A stretch of DNA of 64,000 nt from Patescibacteria group bacterium (GCA_038061995.1 JBBTYA010000001.1:10441-74440); one strand, 5' to 3'. Counted from the stretch's first letter, positions 46,333 to 55,744 are shown. A program made the numbers and translations. Notes: a model not told the origin generated them from the letters alone.

Positions 46333-46470
46333 GAAAAGCATCATACGGTATTTTCCAAAAAATTACCAGTATAAAAAGATGGGGGCCCACAGTAATGGTA
46401 TTAGTAGCACCACGGCTGCGTGGAAGTGATTCATTGACACGGGTGGCATGCGGCGCACAATGGAAGTACT

Positions 46471-47127
46471 GTGGTCATCTCAATCTCAAAACGCACAATC
46501 ACACTCTTACTCATCGGCTTTGGTATTGTTACATATTTCACCACTCAGTTCTGGCCGCTACCAGAGACTCTCTTATTAGACGTACCTTTCACTAACCAAG
46601 CTCCGACGGGCATGTGGGACCGCAACGAAGACTGTGAAGAAGCAAGTATTGCGATGGCACAAGCATATCTCTCCGGCGACACGGAAAATCTACTACCATC
46701 TGCGGGGGCAACGTCCTATATCAGTAGGTTGCGCGCATGGAAACAGGCAAATATTGGCTACAATGCCGACACTGGCGCATATGCAACCTCTCGTATGGCG
46801 GAAGGTGCGTTTGGTATTACCGTGAAGCAAATTCATAATTATACCGAAACTGATCTGAAGCGTGCGCTAGCTAAGAACCACGTTGTGCTATTACCGATTG
46901 ATGCACGCATGCTGGGGGCGCAATCGTATACGAACTCCGGTCCCACCTACCACATGGTTGTTGTGCGAGGATACACCGCCACCCACTTCATCGTGAATGA
47001 CCCCGGTACCACAGGTGGCAATGGCGTAGAGTATTCGTTTGACACCCTTTTTGCAGCAGCAGCGGACTGGAATAATGCTGCAAAAATTATGGACTCGACA
47101 ATCAAGGTCGCCCTTATCCTTTCTTGA
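46471..47127 (+). CDS. Peptidase C39-like (papain-fold, BtrH-like) domain protein with an N-terminal TM helix
   Basis: Catalytic-type Cys context NEDCEEASIAMAQAYL and a His near HMVVVRGYTA. N-terminal hydrophobic helix. Confidence 0.5.
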   Translation: MVISISKRTITLLLIGFGIVTYFTTQFWPLPETLLLDVPFTNQAPTGMWDRNEDCEEASIAMAQAYLSGDTENLLPSAGATSYISRLRAWKQANIGYNADTGAYATSRMAEGAFGITVKQIHNYTETDLKRALAKNHVVLLPIDARMLGAQSYTNSGPTYHMVVVRGYTATHFIVNDPGTTGGNGVEYSFDTLFAAAADWNNAAKIMDSTIKVALILS

Positions 47128-47206
47128 TGAAGTGAAGCTATATACAGTCCCCACATATAAGCGCACACTATAGGAGAGTAAGGAAGGTCATTAACATCTT
47201 AACTAT

Positions 47207-47569
47207 ATGGATTCATCATACAGCTCTTCGACCACGAAACCCATATACCGAGGTACTCAAATTATCTGGTATGTGTTCGGGACAGTAGAGATACTGCTCG
47301 CATTTCGGTTTGTTTTGAAGCTACTGGGGGCCAACCCCGGCGCCGGATTTACAAATGCGGTGTATAACATAACACACGTCTTCGTATCTCCGTTTCTCAA
47401 CGTCTTTCGCGTTACCCAGGCCTCGGGTAGCACGCTCGAGTGGACAACATTACTCGCAATGCTGGTGTATTGGGTGCTGGCAGTCGCCATCATCCAACTA
47501 TTCCTCATGGGGAAAACCGTATCAACACCGGAAGCTGCGGATAAATTAAACAACCAAGAAAACAAATAA
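47207..47569 (+). CDS. YggT-like small integral membrane protein
   Basis: Two hydrophobic helices with a YggT-like pattern. Low certainty. Confidence 0.35.
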   Translation: MDSSYSSSTTKPIYRGTQIIWYVFGTVEILLAFRFVLKLLGANPGAGFTNAVYNITHVFVSPFLNVFRVTQASGSTLEWTTLLAMLVYWVLAVAIIQLFLMGKTVSTPEAADKLNNQENK

Positions 47570-47570
47570 T

Positions 47571-47819
47571 ATGAGCATTATACTTTGGATAGTATTCGGT
47601 GCGTTAGCAGGGTGGATCGCATCTATGGTCATGGGCACCAACGCACAACAGGGAGCAATCGCGAATATCGTTATCGGTATTCTCGGAGCTGTTATTGGAG
47701 GCTTTGTCGTATCGTCTTTTGGCGGTTCTGGATCTACGGGCTTCAATCTGTATAGCCTCCTTGTGGCGGTTCTCGGTGCAGTGATCCTCATCTGGCTGAT
47801 ACGATTACTCAAGCGCTAG
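47571..47819 (+). CDS. GlsB/YeaQ/YmgE-family (transglycosylase-associated) stress membrane protein
   Basis: [17 protein letters not shown]...[16 protein letters not shown] signature. Confidence 0.75.
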   Translation: MSIILWIVFGALAGWIASMVMGTNAQQGAIANIVIGILGAVIGGFVVSSFGGSGSTGFNLYSLLVAVLGAVILIWLIRLLKR

Positions 47820-47845
47820 AAAGCAGCCATGCTCTCTAACATAAA

Positions 47846-47872
47846 ACGACCCACGTGGGTCGTTTTATTGCA
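47846..47872 (+). terminator. Rho-independent terminator after the yeaQ-like gene
   Basis: Stem aaacgacccac gtgggtcgttt followed by tatt. Confidence 0.5.
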
Positions 47873-47889
47873 TTCTATATAGAAAATGT

Positions 47890-48212
47890 AAAGAAAAAGG
47901 GCCCCGATGCGTTGGGGCCCAGAACGACAGCAACCCTACCAGGGCGTAACACTGAGAACTCCACAACGGTGAAGCCCTCCTTCTCGGCATTCAGCCAGTT
48001 GAGCTCTCACTGGCCTGAGGCTTGAAGTCGCCTCCGTAGCTTCGGTAGCGAGTTTTCGCATTTAGGAACCTTAGCTAACGGTCTGGGTTTACGTCTCAGC
48101 GATGTGCTGCTGAAAAAAGGTACGAACGATCCTCCCTCTCGTCTCTATACGAACCAGTCCCAAAACCTCGGCTTCTGGTATGCCCTAGCTTGGGTAGAGA
48201 CTTTCAGGCTGC
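47890..48212 (-). ncRNA. Candidate ~320-nt GC-rich structured ncRNA of unknown class, with no ORF, delimited by a promoter (TTGACG, 17 nt, TAAACT at 48220-48248) and a rho-independent terminator (47898-47921)
   Basis: No ORF of 60 aa or more on either strand. Promoter and terminator geometry are good. Internal hairpins include GCCAGUGAGAGCUCAACUGGC. The tests made for RNase P P4 (GGAAAGUCCGG), the tmRNA termini and the SRP domain IV motif were negative. Confidence 0.35.
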
Positions 48213-48247
48213 CACGACAAGTTTAGTACACTCAGAAAAATCGTCAA

Positions 48248-48273
48248 GAAAAAGCGACGGTCGAAACCGTCGC
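48248..48273 (-). terminator. Rho-independent terminator after the island gene 48391-48669
   Basis: Minus-strand stem gcgacgg tttcga ccgtcgc followed by tttttc. Confidence 0.4.
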
Positions 48274-48390
48274 CTGCAGGCCTCCTGGTTTTTACACCAT
48301 CAGCCCGCCGAAGTAGCGATGCTCACCGAGCACCGTCCCGGCAGGAACAGCCAGTCTCCCTCAATGTGTAATGTGGCTCCAAAACAAGGA

Positions 48391-48669
48391 CTACTGGATC
48401 TCCTTTCTCTTAGTAAGAACGTCTTCGGCCTTTTTAGAAAGTCCGAGGTCTCCAGTAAGATCGATTAGTTGATTATCCGATAAGAATATTAGTCCCTCGG
48501 ACAACTCCGCTTCAACTTTTATTTTTTCTTCCAAGTCTTCTGAAGACACATTTTGAACATTTATCTTATCACCGGGCATGGCTTCATAGGCTCGAATAGA
48601 AGTCTTCCTTAGAAGCTCCTTATACCTTTTAAATAGCGCTTGATATTTTTTTACAGAATTTATATCCAT
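48391..48669 (-). CDS. Hypothetical Lys/Glu-rich small protein (AT-rich island gene 4 of 4)
   Basis: 92-aa ORF in a segment whose GC is visibly lower than its flanks. Confidence 0.35.
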   Translation of the reverse strand: MDINSVKKYQALFKRYKELLRKTSIRAYEAMPGDKINVQNVSSEDLEEKIKVEAELSEGLIFLSDNQLIDLTGDLGLSKKAEDVLTKRKEIQ

Positions 48670-48672
48670 TAC

Positions 48673-49236
48673 TTATTTTCTTACCCACACCTGTTGTCGA
48701 GTATTAATTGTTGACCAATCATAGGCAGAAATATAGGTTTGGCTCCCTTTAAGTTTAGCTCCATTTTCTGTTAACTTCATTAAGAAAGCGCCTTTGCCCA
48801 TATTATTACTATCTCTAGCCTTACTATTACACATAAGTATGGTGTCAACGAAAGTACCTTCAAACTCAAACAACTTTCTACACTTTTCACCACTAGGTTG
48901 TTTTGTTAAAAGTAACTCTCCATAAATCTTATTCCCTTGTTGGTTTAAAATTACTGTTGATTCTGAGTCCGGCCCAACCACATACTCACCTCCCTCAATC
49001 GTTGCCGCATATCCAAGCCATTCCCCACGTATATTAATACCCTTGTAAATTAAATTCTGATACCAGGGAAGTACTATTTTTCTAAAAATAGAGATTGTAA
49101 ACCCAATAATAACGTAGGTTATTATACCAGCCACTACGCCCAAAAAAAGATTTACAGCTGCATAATTTATGTATGCATTCATAGAAGCCATCGGCTCCGA
49201 GTCGTAAACGACGTTAGAACTATTGCGCAACAGCAA
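48673..49236 (-). CDS. Hypothetical membrane-anchored protein (island gene 3 of 4)
   Basis: 187 aa with one N-terminal TM helix (LFLGVVAGIITYVIIGFTISIF) and then a soluble domain. Confidence 0.35.
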   Translation of the reverse strand: MLLRNSSNVVYDSEPMASMNAYINYAAVNLFLGVVAGIITYVIIGFTISIFRKIVLPWYQNLIYKGINIRGEWLGYAATIEGGEYVVGPDSESTVILNQQGNKIYGELLLTKQPSGEKCRKLFEFEGTFVDTILMCNSKARDSNNMGKGAFLMKLTENGAKLKGSQTYISAYDWSTINTRQQVWVRK

Positions 49237-49268
49237 AATCGGTATATCTACATTCCTGATTTAAGGAA

Positions 49269-49463
49269 TTATCCTACTCTCATCAGCGCTCCTAATGCAT
49301 CAGCCCAGAGTTGGTCGTAATCTTTACTTCTTGAAATAAAAATTCTTGAGCCGTCTTTCTTCATGCCCCAAATCTCCAAATCCTGTCGGATTAAAGCCAT
49401 ATCCTTTTGGAGTGCCAAAAGCACTGCTTCCTCTTTATCTTTTTGTCGCTGTTCTTCGGTCAT
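49269..49463 (-). CDS. Hypothetical small protein (island gene 2 of 4)
   Basis: 64-aa ORF. Confidence 0.3.
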   Translation of the reverse strand: MTEEQRQKDKEEAVLLALQKDMALIRQDLEIWGMKKDGSRIFISRSKDYDQLWADALGALMRVG

Positions 49464-49469
49464 TATATT

Positions 49470-50060
49470 TTACCCCACGGGGCTACTCACTATTATCTTT
49501 AATAGCTCATCAAGAATAAGTGGATATTCTTTTATGTTATCGCTTCCTCCTATATGCCCCTTGCCTTTTACCACAATCGTTTTAGCTCCTAACCTATCTT
49601 CGAATAAATCCTTGTTCTCCAATGGAACATATGGGTCATTATCTGAAAAAATAGCTGTTATGTGATTAATAGTATGTTTTACTTTTTCATTATTCATCGG
49701 AGTATCAAGCCACGGTTGAGCGGTTTGCTTATCTTTTTCATCATCAAAAGCATCGTCGGTAAGAGTGTACCAGCCAGCCACCGCCACAACGCCACCTACT
49801 TTTGTATGAGCTTTTTCTAAGTATCTTAAAATAGTTTGGACTCCTATGCTATGGCCAACAAAATAGGTGTTCTCGTCTGGAGTTTCGACTAGATTATCTA
49901 GAAAGGAAACCCATGTATCTATTTTGGGAGCTTCTGCCTCTGGCATTAATGGAACCTCTGCCTGTATCCCTCGTTTTTCTAACTCTTCTTCCAGCCATAA
50001 AAACCAGCACTCCTCTGGATAGCCAGCCCAGCCGTGGATGATATAGACTCGTTTTAACAT
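49470..50060 (-). CDS. Alpha/beta-hydrolase (YdeN/RBBP9-like serine hydrolase) (island gene 1 of 4)
   Basis: IIHGWAG and the GHSIG nucleophile elbow, with a later His. Confidence 0.6.
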   Translation of the reverse strand: MLKRVYIIHGWAGYPEECWFLWLEEELEKRGIQAEVPLMPEAEAPKIDTWVSFLDNLVETPDENTYFVGHSIGVQTILRYLEKAHTKVGGVVAVAGWYTLTDDAFDDEKDKQTAQPWLDTPMNNEKVKHTINHITAIFSDNDPYVPLENKDLFEDRLGAKTIVVKGKGHIGGSDNIKEYPLILDELLKIIVSSPVG

Positions 50061-50253
50061 AAAACCTATCTTATCATTTTTTACTCAAAAGTTCTAACGT
50101 CCACAAAGGGTCAAAGCAAAACACCGCAGAAGATGCGGTGTTTTGGAACTGCTCCGAGTCTTTGGGGGTATTAGAAAGTATTATCTCCTATCTTCAGTGC
50201 ACCATAATTGATGAACTAAAGAACGGAGTAGGTCAACAAGCGGACCTGCAACG

Positions 50254-50529
50254 CTATCCTAGTGCGGGGATTAGCACCCTCCAGAGAGTGATAGCAGCCA
50301 TAAGGAATGGCACTACCACCCCGAAGAATGCGACAAACTTCTTGAAACCGGAAGTCTCTAAAAACGCCTTGCTCCATGTCACGAACACGAAGCCGTTAAT
50401 ACAGAGCTGAAGCAAACCTGCGAGCAGATTAGCTCCCACGAACAGGTTCGTACAGTTGGCGATCAAGAAGAACGAAAGTCCAGCTAAACCAGAAGCGGCC
50501 ATGAGCCTTGAGTTCTTATCCAATTGCAC
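50254..50529 (-). CDS. Hypothetical small membrane protein
   Basis: 91-aa hydrophobic ORF between the island and the tRNA. Confidence 0.3.
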   Translation of the reverse strand: MQLDKNSRLMAASGLAGLSFFLIANCTNLFVGANLLAGLLQLCINGFVFVTWSKAFLETSGFKKFVAFFGVVVPFLMAAITLWRVLIPALG

Positions 50530-50575
50530 CCTCCAAAAAACATAATACCACTTTTGTGGTATTATGTCAATAATC

Positions 50576-50854
50576 TGGCTCCGCGGGTAGGACTCGAACC
50601 TACAACCCTCTCGTTACACGAATTCCAGTATTTTCATACCGGCGTGGACTATATCTTCACCATATCGCATATGCGACACAGGCGTTCTGGTATCTAGTCT
50701 CTACGGCGCCCCCGCCGAGGCGGGGTTCCCACGGTATTACCTCTCGTAAAAAACGAAGGGGCTTCACCGTTATCCCAGAAAGTTTCAATGCGCCTTTCGA
50801 CGCAAAGCTGCGTTTATCTCACAGCGAGACGCTCTACCATTGAGCTACCGCGGA
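50576..50854 (-). tRNA. tRNA-Asn (anticodon GTT) interrupted by a ~204-nt group I intron (50617-50820) in the anticodon loop between positions 35 and 36. It encodes the 3' CCA.
   Basis: The 5' exon TCCGCGGTAGCTCAATGGTAGAGCGTCTCGCTGT and the 3' exon TAACGAGAGGGTTGTAGGTTCGAGTCCTACCCGCGGAGCCA join to a canonical cloverleaf. The intron carries group I conserved elements: the S-like AAGATATAGTCC and the R-like GTAGAGACTAGATACC. The internal guide sequence GCAGC pairs with exon GCUGU, giving a U.G pair at the 5' splice site. The intron ends with G. Confidence 0.7.
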
Positions 50855-51177
50855 ATATTTTTTGTATAAGTGCTTGGAATCTTTCTTACCTTTGCGTGTA
50901 TCTCTCGATGACAATTTGCACACACCAGAATGCATTTATCAGCTTCCGCCTTTATCTTTTCTAGAGATCGCGTAAGCCCCCGAGCTGAAAGCCCGAACTC
51001 TTTCTGATGCGCGACTACGTGATGCAGATCAAGGGCCCAAATAGACCGCTTATATCCGCAAAACACACACGCACCACCTCTATATGCCACAACGAGAGAT
51101 CGAAGCTTGCGCCTTCGCGCTGCAACAGCCTTTTTGAGATACTCAGCTCGATCGCGATAGGTTCTCACATCTGGCAT
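50845..51177 (-). CDS. HNH endonuclease, free-standing, immediately upstream of the intron-containing tRNA
   Basis: CVFCGY...LDLHHV...CANCHREIH HNH zinc-finger motifs. The start was placed at MPDVRTY (51177), which has a TATACT element 9 nt upstream. Confidence 0.6.
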   Translation of the reverse strand: MPDVRTYRDRAEYLKKAVAARRRKLRSLVVAYRGGACVFCGYKRSIWALDLHHVVAHQKEFGLSARGLTRSLEKIKAEADKCILVCANCHREIHAKVRKIPSTYTKNIPR

Positions 51178-51259
51178 ATACACTGTAGTATACCACAAAA
51201 CCCCATGCCTGAGAACCCTATCGCAACCAAGTATATTGAGGATAGCCCCAAAAAGCAAC

Positions 51260-52486
51260 CTAATACCCCTTCAGGCGCTCGACGTTCTCATGCTGGCGGA
51301 TCTTTTCGAGTGCCTTTGCTTCAATCTGACGAATGCGTTCGCGGGTGACGTTGAACACCTTCCCCACTTCTTCTAACGTGTGGGTGACACCGTCCGTAAG
51401 GCCAAAGCGCATGTCGAGGATCTTTTGCTCACGCTGGGAAAGATCTCCGATGATTTCATCAATATACTTCTTGAGAATCTTGCGGCCGGCAGAAACGTCG
51501 GGCCCCAAAGCATTCTCATCAGGAATGAAATCCTCCAGGTGGCTATCTTCATCTTTTCCATCTCCCACTGGGGTTTCAAGTGAAATAGTATCTTGAGAGA
51601 TCTTAATAATGTGGCGCACCTTGTCTACATCCATATCCATTTCTGCGGCAACTTCTTCTGGCAGTGGATCGCGGCCCAACTCTTGCACGAGACGGCGTAC
51701 CACCTGCTGATATTTATTGATGGTTTCCACCATGTGCACGGGAATGCGGATCGTACGTGCTTGGTCTGCGAGTGCGCGAGTAATCGCCTGACGAATCCAC
51801 CACGTAGCATAGGTAGAGAACTTGAAGCCTTTGCGGAAGTCGAATTTCTCAACCGCTTTAAAGAGACCGATGTTTCCTTCCTGGATGAGATCGAGTAATG
51901 AGAGGTTCGCCGAACGCCCCACATATTTCTTTGCGACAGAAACAACGAGACGCAAGTTCGAAAGCGCAAGCTTTTGGCGCGCTGATTCATCATTGCGCTC
52001 GATGCGCTTGGCAAGCTCAATCTCCTCTTCGCCTTTCAACAGAGGGTACTTTCCAATCTCGCGGAGATACATCTGCACTGAATCTGAAGAAGAACCTTCG
52101 CTGAATTCATCTTCGATTTTCTTTTTCTGTTCGTACTCTTTTGCTGCCGTTTCTTCAAAGACGCTTACTGATTCAATAACGGTAACGTTTTCACCTTCAA
52201 GGCGCTCGTAGAGTGCTTCAAGACCCACGATATCTTGTTCGATGGTGGGGAATGCACTTAAAATTTCTGCCTGCGTGACAAAGCCGCGAGTCTTGCCGCG
52301 TTCAATGAGTGCGAGCGTAGCGCTCTCGCTCATCACCTCTGGCTTTTTACGCGGGGAGCGTGCGACGCTCTTCTTTTTCTTCACTGCTGAACGTGCAGGC
52401 ACGTGGCGCGCTGGTTTGCGTGCACGAGACTTTGTCGGCGCACGACGAGGAGTTGCAACTTTCTTTTTCTTTTTTGGAGTTGGCAT
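51260..52486 (-). CDS. rpoD: RNA polymerase sigma factor RpoD (sigma70)
   Basis: Regions 1.2 to 4 are present: [24 protein letters not shown], and the region 4 HTH. The N-terminus is Lys-rich. Confidence 0.9.
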   Translation of the reverse strand: MPTPKKKKKVATPRRAPTKSRARKPARHVPARSAVKKKKSVARSPRKKPEVMSESATLALIERGKTRGFVTQAEILSAFPTIEQDIVGLEALYERLEGENVTVIESVSVFEETAAKEYEQKKKIEDEFSEGSSSDSVQMYLREIGKYPLLKGEEEIELAKRIERNDESARQKLALSNLRLVVSVAKKYVGRSANLSLLDLIQEGNIGLFKAVEKFDFRKGFKFSTYATWWIRQAITRALADQARTIRIPVHMVETINKYQQVVRRLVQELGRDPLPEEVAAEMDMDVDKVRHIIKISQDTISLETPVGDGKDEDSHLEDFIPDENALGPDVSAGRKILKKYIDEIIGDLSQREQKILDMRFGLTDGVTHTLEEVGKVFNVTRERIRQIEAKALEKIRQHENVERLKGY

Positions 52487-52494
52487 ACGAAAAA

Positions 52495-54276
52495 TTAAAC
52501 GGAAAACAGAGCGAGCTGTTGCGTGAGCGTTGCCGCACGACCGGCGAGGGTTTGAATTTCCTCGGCGCTCTTGCGAGCTTCCGCATCACGAATTGCTGAT
52601 TCAAGATCACGAAGTTGAGAACGAACAAGCTCAGTGTGTGCACGAGCCAGCATTGCTCGGAAGAAAAGTGGGAGCTCTCTTTCACTCACACCATCCCACA
52701 CGTCGTGCGCACGCATGTAGAGCGCATCAAGCGAAAATCGAGATTCAGGATCAATGAGCGTAAAAGCATCTGGGGCTCGGAGAGATTCTGGGGTACTTCG
52801 CGAAATGGCAAGAAGCGCATCGCGAAGCACGGGATCCACGGTCGCTTTCATGAGCATGGGTTCTTCAGCTGCAACTATCGTTGGATAGACAAACGCGAAG
52901 GTAAGCAGCGCGTCATCAAGGGCGCTCCCTCGTAATGCCGCTGGCGCAGCTACTGGCGTTGCGGGCACTTCAGGGCGGGTGTAGGCGTCAAGATCATCGC
53001 GCACATTCGCGAGGTCTGCGCGCACCGCAGCCTCATCGCTCCGCACGAGTTGAGCCACTCGCTTTGTCCAGTGATCTTGCTCCACACGACTCGCCATGCG
53101 ACGAATCATAGGAGCGAGAAGGGCTAACGCCTCTTTCTTTCCTTCAGCGGTGGCAAGGGGCAAGGTTGCTTCTGCGCGCGCGATGTAGAAGTCCATGATA
53201 GGCTGTGCATCTTTCGCAACAGCGAGCCATGCCTCATTACCCTGCTCACGCACGTAGTCGGCCGGATCCTTCATGTGCTCACCGCTTAATCGCAATGCAC
53301 GAACAGTGAACTCTTGCGCAAGAGCGAGCCCGATGCCACGCCGGAGCGCCTGCTCACCTGCTTGGTCTGCATCGAAGCAGAAATCGATAGTCTGCGTGTA
53401 ACGATGGATTAGCTTGAGCTGTTGCGGTGTCAGTGCCGTGCCCGAAGTAGCAATAGTATTCGTTGCACCTGCTTGGTGCGACATAATCACATCCATATTC
53501 CCTTCCACCACAATGCACGAGCCAACGCTACGAATAGCGAGTCGTGCCTTATCAAGACCGAAGAGAATGGAGCCTTTTTCGTAGAGTGCCGTTTGCGGTG
53601 TGTTGATGTACTTCGCACCCACATCATCAGCGCCCGGTAAGACGCGAGCCGTAAACGCTACGATGCGGCCGTTCACATCAGCGATGGGAAACGTGATACG
53701 TCCACGGAAGCGGTCATAGGAACGACCCTCTTTAGGAACGGCGAGACCGCTCGCAATCACCTCTTGGCGCGTATAGCCACACGATGTGAGATAGGTTGAG
53801 AGCGCGTGCCAATCGTTGGGCGCATAGCCAATACGGAAGAGGCGAATTGTTTCGTCGGTCAAGCCACGATCGCGAAGGTACGCGAGCGCGCGTGCTCCCG
53901 CAGTACCATTCCAGAGCTGTGCTTCAAAGAACTTCGTGGTGCGCTCATGGATATCCAAGAGCCGCGTCTTTTCGGAATGCTGTTGGTGTTGTGTATGCTC
54001 GAGCGTGACGCCCGCCTTCTGCGCAAGCATGCGGAGCGCCTCGGGAAATTCCACTCCCTCGATATCCTGCACAAACGAAAACATGTCGCCCCCTTTTGAA
54101 CACCCAAAGCAATGCCATGATTGGCGCTCGGGAGAAATATAAAATGATGGGGTCTTCTCGTTGTGAAACGGACAACGCGCTTTGAAATTGACGCCGGAGC
54201 GCTGAATCTGGATGTATCCAGTAATCACGTCGACAATGTCGAGTCGTGACTTAATATCGGCAACATGGTCCGGCAT
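52495..54276 (-). CDS. dnaG: DNA primase
   Basis: CHC2 zinc finger [30 protein letters not shown] and the TOPRIM domain (IVVEGNMDV). The dnaG-rpoD operon order is conserved. Confidence 0.9.
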   Translation of the reverse strand: MPDHVADIKSRLDIVDVITGYIQIQRSGVNFKARCPFHNEKTPSFYISPERQSWHCFGCSKGGDMFSFVQDIEGVEFPEALRMLAQKAGVTLEHTQHQQHSEKTRLLDIHERTTKFFEAQLWNGTAGARALAYLRDRGLTDETIRLFRIGYAPNDWHALSTYLTSCGYTRQEVIASGLAVPKEGRSYDRFRGRITFPIADVNGRIVAFTARVLPGADDVGAKYINTPQTALYEKGSILFGLDKARLAIRSVGSCIVVEGNMDVIMSHQAGATNTIATSGTALTPQQLKLIHRYTQTIDFCFDADQAGEQALRRGIGLALAQEFTVRALRLSGEHMKDPADYVREQGNEAWLAVAKDAQPIMDFYIARAEATLPLATAEGKKEALALLAPMIRRMASRVEQDHWTKRVAQLVRSDEAAVRADLANVRDDLDAYTRPEVPATPVAAPAALRGSALDDALLTFAFVYPTIVAAEEPMLMKATVDPVLRDALLAISRSTPESLRAPDAFTLIDPESRFSLDALYMRAHDVWDGVSERELPLFFRAMLARAHTELVRSQLRDLESAIRDAEARKSAEEIQTLAGRAATLTQQLALFSV

Positions 54277-54391
54277 TGGGCATTCCCTCCCACCCCTGCC
54301 ACCTAAGACGCAGAAAAGGAGTGCGAACGGCTTCGCCTCCTTGGTGACACTGGGTTAGGTATAGTGTACCACGAAACAAGACAAGTGCAAC

Positions 54392-55189
54392 CTACTCGTT
54401 AGTAGCATCAGTGGGCACAACGTATTCGGTAATAGCTGCAAGTTTGGCAAGTGTAATCGGCTGCATTTCAACACCCAGTTGATCGCTCCGAAGAATCACC
54501 TGTACATCTTCTAGACTGCCGCCTTGCGCCTCACCTACGATGCGCGAGATACGCCAAGGAATGTTCTTGATAATCACCTCGCGACCTTCCATCTTTTCTG
54601 GAAGCGATACGAGCGACGCGCTCTCGGCGGCGATAGAGCGAATATCAGACTCAAACATTTTGGTAGTACGCCCCCCGATCACCTCTTCAAGCATAACGAC
54701 AAATTTCTTCTTCTTTTGAGAATCACTTTCTCCCGGATCTTCAGATAACACGGGGATCCCACGTGCATCGCGCTCATACCCAATCACGCGCCACTGCCCA
54801 TCATTATCACCCGTAGCAAGAATTTCTGGGTCCGTGATCTCTACGACTTCTCCATCATGAAATTTCTCAACACTAGGTACATTAATGGTTGTCTCGCCAC
54901 TTTCTTCAAAGCCACCGAGTTTATATTCCTTTGTAGTGCCGTCATCCTCTACTACTGCTTCTGGCGGTAGAGGATTCGTAAGCTCTGCTTCAGGAAGCAC
55001 GCGTTCAGTTTGCCCACCTACGTCGCTTTGTTTGATATCTAAGTCTGCCATAGTTCCCATAGTATGAATGATCCCCGCCACGCCGTCAAAGCAGCGTATC
55101 TTGCGGCACGAGAAGCTTGCGAAATACATCAGTCGCAAGGCGCGCGCCGTTGATGGCGCGGTGTACTTCGGGTTCTGGCGGGATACCAA
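54392..55189 (-). CDS. Hypothetical acidic protein
   Basis: ORF with no recognised family. The true start is probably the internal MGTMADLD. Confidence 0.35.
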   Translation of the reverse strand: MVSRQNPKYTAPSTARALRLMYFASFSCRKIRCFDGVAGIIHTMGTMADLDIKQSDVGGQTERVLPEAELTNPLPPEAVVEDDGTTKEYKLGGFEESGETTINVPSVEKFHDGEVVEITDPEILATGDNDGQWRVIGYERDARGIPVLSEDPGESDSQKKKKFVVMLEEVIGGRTTKMFESDIRSIAAESASLVSLPEKMEGREVIIKNIPWRISRIVGEAQGGSLEDVQVILRSDQLGVEMQPITLAKLAAITEYVVPTDATNE

Positions 55190-55643
55190 GCTCTTCGGCC
55201 ATACTACTTAAACGGAATTTTACACTGTTTTTGTGACGCATTTTTTCCCACGCGATGCTGGGAATATCAATAGGATGGTAGTCTAAGAAATCACGTACGC
55301 CCGTTGAGCGAAATGCCTCTTCGATAAATTTCCAGTCGAAAGTAATGTTCCATGCACAAAAAATTGCATCGCGCGTCTTGGCGCTATACTGCTTCATGGC
55401 ATCAGCGAGTGGCACAGCATTTACCCATTGCTCGGGTACATACCCATTCACCTTGAGCGCTCCCGCCTCTGCGGTTTCGATATGCGCCGGCTGTACTTTG
55501 AGATCCAGCTCGTCAATCACGCGGAATGTTTTCTGATCCACAACCACAAGGCCTATTTCGATGATCTCATGGCGGCGCACATCAAGACCCGTGGTTTCAA
55601 CATCGGTAATCGCAAACGGTTTATCAAAAAAAGAATCTGCCAT
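55086..55643 (-). CDS. DEDDh 3'-5' exonuclease (DnaQ/epsilon-like)
   Basis: Exo I FAITDVETTGLD, an Exo II region, and Exo III YHPIDIPSIAWE...HRAINGARLATDVF. Confidence 0.7.
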   Translation of the reverse strand: MADSFFDKPFAITDVETTGLDVRRHEIIEIGLVVVDQKTFRVIDELDLKVQPAHIETAEAGALKVNGYVPEQWVNAVPLADAMKQYSAKTRDAIFCAWNITFDWKFIEEAFRSTGVRDFLDYHPIDIPSIAWEKMRHKNSVKFRLSSMAEELGIPPEPEVHRAINGARLATDVFRKLLVPQDTLL

Positions 55644-55647
55644 AGTG

Positions 55648-55731
55648 CGGAGGGTGTAGGATTCGAACCTACGAGGGCTTTCGCCCACCTGTTTTCAAGA
55701 CAGGCGCCTTAAACCACTCGGCCAACCCTCC
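55648..55731 (-). tRNA. tRNA-Ser (anticodon TGA), class II with a long variable arm
   Basis: Acceptor stem GGAGGGT/ACCCTCC, D-arm GCCGAGTGGTTTAAGGC, anticodon loop CTTGAAA and T-arm GTAGGTTCGAATCCTAC. Confidence 0.8.
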
Positions 55732-55744
55732 AATAAAACTGTGA

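Noticed and set aside
47890-48400. The GC-rich ORF-less segment was tested as RNase P RNA, tmRNA and SRP RNA
   Set aside because: None of the following were found: P4 GGAAAGUCCGG / ACAGAAYCCGGCUUA, tmRNA 5'/3' tRNA-like termini with a tag reading frame ending in ...LAA, or the SRP GGAAGCAGC/GGAA apical motif. The partial P18-like GCCAGUGAG...CUGGC-UGAAUG match is insufficient. It is retained only as an unclassified ncRNA candidate.
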